Of a DNA stretch of 64,000 nt, positions 60,533 through 64,000 are shown piece after piece (the stretch's first letter is position 1; each line of letters begins with the position of its first letter). Below the pieces are notes generated by a model. That model had not been told where the DNA came from. It did not search any database and saw only the letters and a list, made by a program, of their open reading frames with translations. Source of the stretch: Guillardia theta CCMP2712 (lineage: Eukaryota; Protista; Cryptophyta); NCBI RefSeq assembly GCF_000315625.1, contig NW_005434614.1, positions 331,219 to 395,218 on the forward strand, written 5' to 3'. A program made the translations under genes and the position numbers.

Positions 60533-61288
60533 CACCGTGTTGGACCGCCGGCCGCTCGGTCGGAACCGGACCGTCGGTCGGGCCGGGCCCCGGCCGGCCG
60601 GCCGCCAGGCTCAGTGGGACCCCGCGGCGGCGAACTTCGGAAACCGTCGTGACCGTGTGAACCGGGCCGTTTGGAACTCCGAACGGTCCGACCGTCGTGA
60701 CACCGTGACGGACTCGGCGGATCGGACCGGCCGCTGCCACACATGCCAGTGACACCGCCGAGTCGGCCCGGGGGCCGGGCCCACTGAGTGGCAACGGCGT
60801 CCGAAGTTCAGCAGTTCAATGTGACTCTCAGTGCGCCGGGGTGTCACGGCCCCCCGGCATGCCCGGCCGGCGACTCGCCGGTCGCCGCCCGGCGCGGCCG
60901 CCGTGTCAGGCTCACTGCCGGGACGGTCCAGCGGCTCCCGGTTGAAAGTTCAGTCGGCGCGGCATGAAACCGTTCGACTCGTCACGTGCGGCGGCCGCCA
61001 CCACTCTTCCCAGAGTCCGGCCCGGGCCGGAGAGTCTGCCGCGCGGCTCAGTGAAGCCCCGCGTGCCGCGTGCCGGGCCCCGGGGCCGCTCAGTCACTGA
61101 GTCACGGTTCCAGCCTGGCCGCCGCCCGGCGCCCGGCCGCTCCGACGCGTGAATCGCGGCGCGGCGGCGCGGCGGCCAGGCGAGCCTCGACCCGATCATC
61201 GCCGAGTCGGCCGGGCGGATCGCCGGCCCATTGTCTGTTTCGTCCGTTATATCCGTTACAAAACCAGGGTCGGCTTAGAGAATTTTAC

Positions 61289-64000
61289 CATGGCCTCCAG
61301 GTATACCTCCGCTCTCCCTCCATGCTGCTTCCACGAGCTCGACTTTTCTCCCTCCTGCTTCCTCTTCCAATCTTCATCTCTCCTTTTCGTCGTCTACTAC
61401 CCCCCCTCGACCATCCTATCACGTTGCTCTTTCCTGCTCCATCCTTCCACTCTACTGCTTCTCCTGTATGTTTTGTTTCATCGCCCCCTCCCTCCCCTTC
61501 CTCAACCAACTCACCCCCAGCAGTACTTCTCTCTATCAACTTTTACTTTGCTCTTACCTCCTTTCTACCATCTTCCTTCCGCTTCCCTCTTCCCTTTTCT
61601 TCTCGTCTCTACTATGTCAATCCACGTCATTACTTTCCTGTTCTTACTTTTCCACCAACTTCAAGCTGTGTTGCATGTGTTTAGTTCAATCTTGTATCTT
61701 CATTCGTTCGTTTTGTCTCCTCTTCCCATTTCAAATTTGCCACCTGTCTTGTCTTCCTATCGGCCTTCCTCTCTCCCTGCTGCTCCTCGCGCTGCCCCAG
61801 ACCCTCCACGCTTTCCTTCACCTTGTTGCTCTGTTTGCAAGCCTGGGTCTGAGTGATCATGCGTGCAAATGCTCTTGTTGTCTCATAACCAACTAGTTAT
61901 GTGCATGTGCTGTGAATGGTTTCGGCCGCAGCTTCTCTTGTCAATGTATCTATTGGTTCCCTCTTGTGAATCATGCGCTGCTCTCGTATCCATCACAGAA
62001 GGCTATCCGAGAACAGCTTAGAGGGCAAGGAAAGGATTGAAGGAATGCAAGGAAGGATAGCTTGAGAGGGGGGGAGGGTGGAGGATGCAGTGGAAGGGGG
62101 CTGTATTTGGGAAGCAGAGATGAAACAGCAGCCGCTGCTGAACAAACTGCTTAACAAGAAGCAGCCGTGTTGCTGACTTACTCCCCCTCCTTTGCGCAGT
62201 CGCTCAGGCGTCTCGGGGCTTCTGCGCATGACAGGTCTGATGTCGTTTGCAATGGCAACCGGGTCTTACATCACCAACAGCGCGCATATCATCAAAGGAA
62301 GCATGCTCAACGCCGATCAAGCCCGATGCCGCTGAGCTGCGAAAGGTTGATGAGGATGACTTGGAGTCGAGGCTGCTGACTTGAGGGATGTCAGACCGTG
62401 GAAGACTGCGACGAAGCGCTGGTGCTGCTCCTGCACGAGCGAGCTCGAGCGCTAGAGACTGTTAGATCCCCAGCAGCGCTAGAGACGAGCTTCCTCTCAC
62501 TGTTGCTGCAGCTGTGGAGTCTGGAGGGACCGGCGGATGGGATTCCCTCAGCCGAGTTGAGTCCGAGCGAGATGGATCGGGTCAAACAGGCGCACAGCTG
62601 CTGCAAGGAGGAGGGTCGCAGCTCCTTGAGCGACTCCGCCATTGTCTCTGTGTTCCAGGCGAGCTCGTGGACCTCCTGTGCCTCGAGCTCCAGGCTGATC
62701 TCCCAGCAGGAGTTGAGCAGGGTGTGCTCGCAGATCAGAGACTCGGTCGCTTACTTGGGCCCTCCGGCCACCTTCACCCATCAGGTTTTCCTCCTTCTCA
62801 GCTCGTGTCCTCCTGGTCATGTCGCCTCAGGCTGCAAGGAGTCGCTTCGGGTTGAACGCGATCTACCTGCAGGCAAGAGCTCCCTTGTCCTGATGCCAGG
62901 GTGACCGGAGGAGCAGTGTGACAGGATACCCGACGTGTTCCAGGCCGTCGAGAGGGGGAAGGCAAGTGGTCGAGCTCCTTTGCATCTTCCGCTCATGCCT
63001 TGCAGGTTGGGTTTGGCGTCGCTCCCGTGGAGAACAGCACGGAGGGAGCCATTTCGCAGACCCTTGACCTGCTTGCTACCACTGAGCTCCAAGTGGTCGC
63101 CGAAGTCTGTCTTGACATCAGGCACAACATGCTCTCCAACGCCGACCTCCATAGGATACAGCGAGTTTTCAGCCACCCGCAGGCCCTCGCCCAGTGCAGG
63201 GGTGGCTTCAGGTTGCTGCTTTTGCCAGTTATCACCTGCTCCTCCCCTTCTCCTCCTTCTCCCCTCTCCACCCCCCTCTCCACCCCCTTCTTCATCCCCC
63301 TTCTCCATCCCCTCCTCTCCCCTCGCAGCTCCATCCTTGGTCCGGCTCAAGTTCAGCAGGCGAACCTTCCTGGTGCAGAAATCATCGCCGAGAGCAGCAC
63401 AGCGCGGGCAGCGCAGCTAGCGGCGCAGGCGAAGGTGCAGGAGGAGCTGGTGAGGTTTTCAGTGGAGGTGACTGGAGTGCAGCCGGAGGAAGGGATTGCT
63501 GCCATTTCCTCCCTCTTGGCGTCGGAGGTCTCGTGGTTGGACAAGGAGGCTGGTTGGTAACGCGGCTTCCAGCTCTATGACCTTCCAGTCAAGGCGACTT
63601 CCATCCAGGACCTCTCAAACAACATGTCAGATGCTCGTCCTCCCTCCTCCCTCCCTCGACCTTGTGCCCCATGGGCTCTTTCCTCCCCCAACCTTCCCCT
63701 CATCCCCCTGTCTGCTTTCCTCGACCTCATTGCTGGTCCTGCGCCTTGTCTCTCCCTCCGCCTCTTTGCGCTTCCTCTCTCATCGCAGACACCTCAGGAC
63801 GCGCTTCGTCGTTGTGCGGCAACAAAGTCCAGGTGAGCTCGGGCGCTGCCAGCGCGATAGCGACAAGGTTGACGATGAGCAGGGGGGATGCCGGACACTC
63901 AGCCGACCGGGGATGACAAGACCATGCTTGTCCTGTGCATGGCGGATAGGTAGCGCATGCTGAGCTCGCGACGGCTCAAGCTCATTCGCTTGTAGGGTTG
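61289..64000 (+). CDS. pheA: bifunctional chorismate mutase/prephenate dehydratase (P-protein-like), runs off window
   Basis: AELRK|TVEDCDEALVLLLHERAR (AroQ helix 1); VAYLGPPATFTHQ, GVAPVENSTEG, VFSHPQALAQC, SSTARAA, IQDLSNNM|TRFVVV, DKTML (ACT start). Confidence 0.9.

Noticed and set aside
60421-61230. Many overlapping Arg/Pro/Gly ORFs
   Set aside because: Stop-poor GC-rich island with no domain signal.

Overview
This is eukaryotic nuclear DNA with dense genes and many short (~40-60 nt) GT/GC-AG introns. The TTTAGGG repeats, intron style and gene content suggest an alga, probably a cryptophyte (inference). From 1-40 kb the host genes are: MORN protein, ConA-like+BTB protein, GT8 glycosyltransferase, GH79 heparanase-like, soluble adenylate cyclase (ADCY10-like)/STAND, methyltransferase-like, WW, AT-hook, ARM+HhH, a large secreted LysM protein, and a four-repeat Kv-like channel with non-GYG acidic pore loops. 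From 40.3-60.5 kb is a retroelement pile-up: two Copia fragments each bordered by interstitial TTTAGGG repeats, a GAF-domain gene, an orphan ORF1-like element, a 3'-truncated Gypsy, and a near-complete young Copia. That Copia has a perfect palindrome where the tRNA primer-binding site should be. From 61-64 kb is a chorismate mutase/prephenate dehydratase gene. Exon boundaries were read by eye, so gene ends are approximate.
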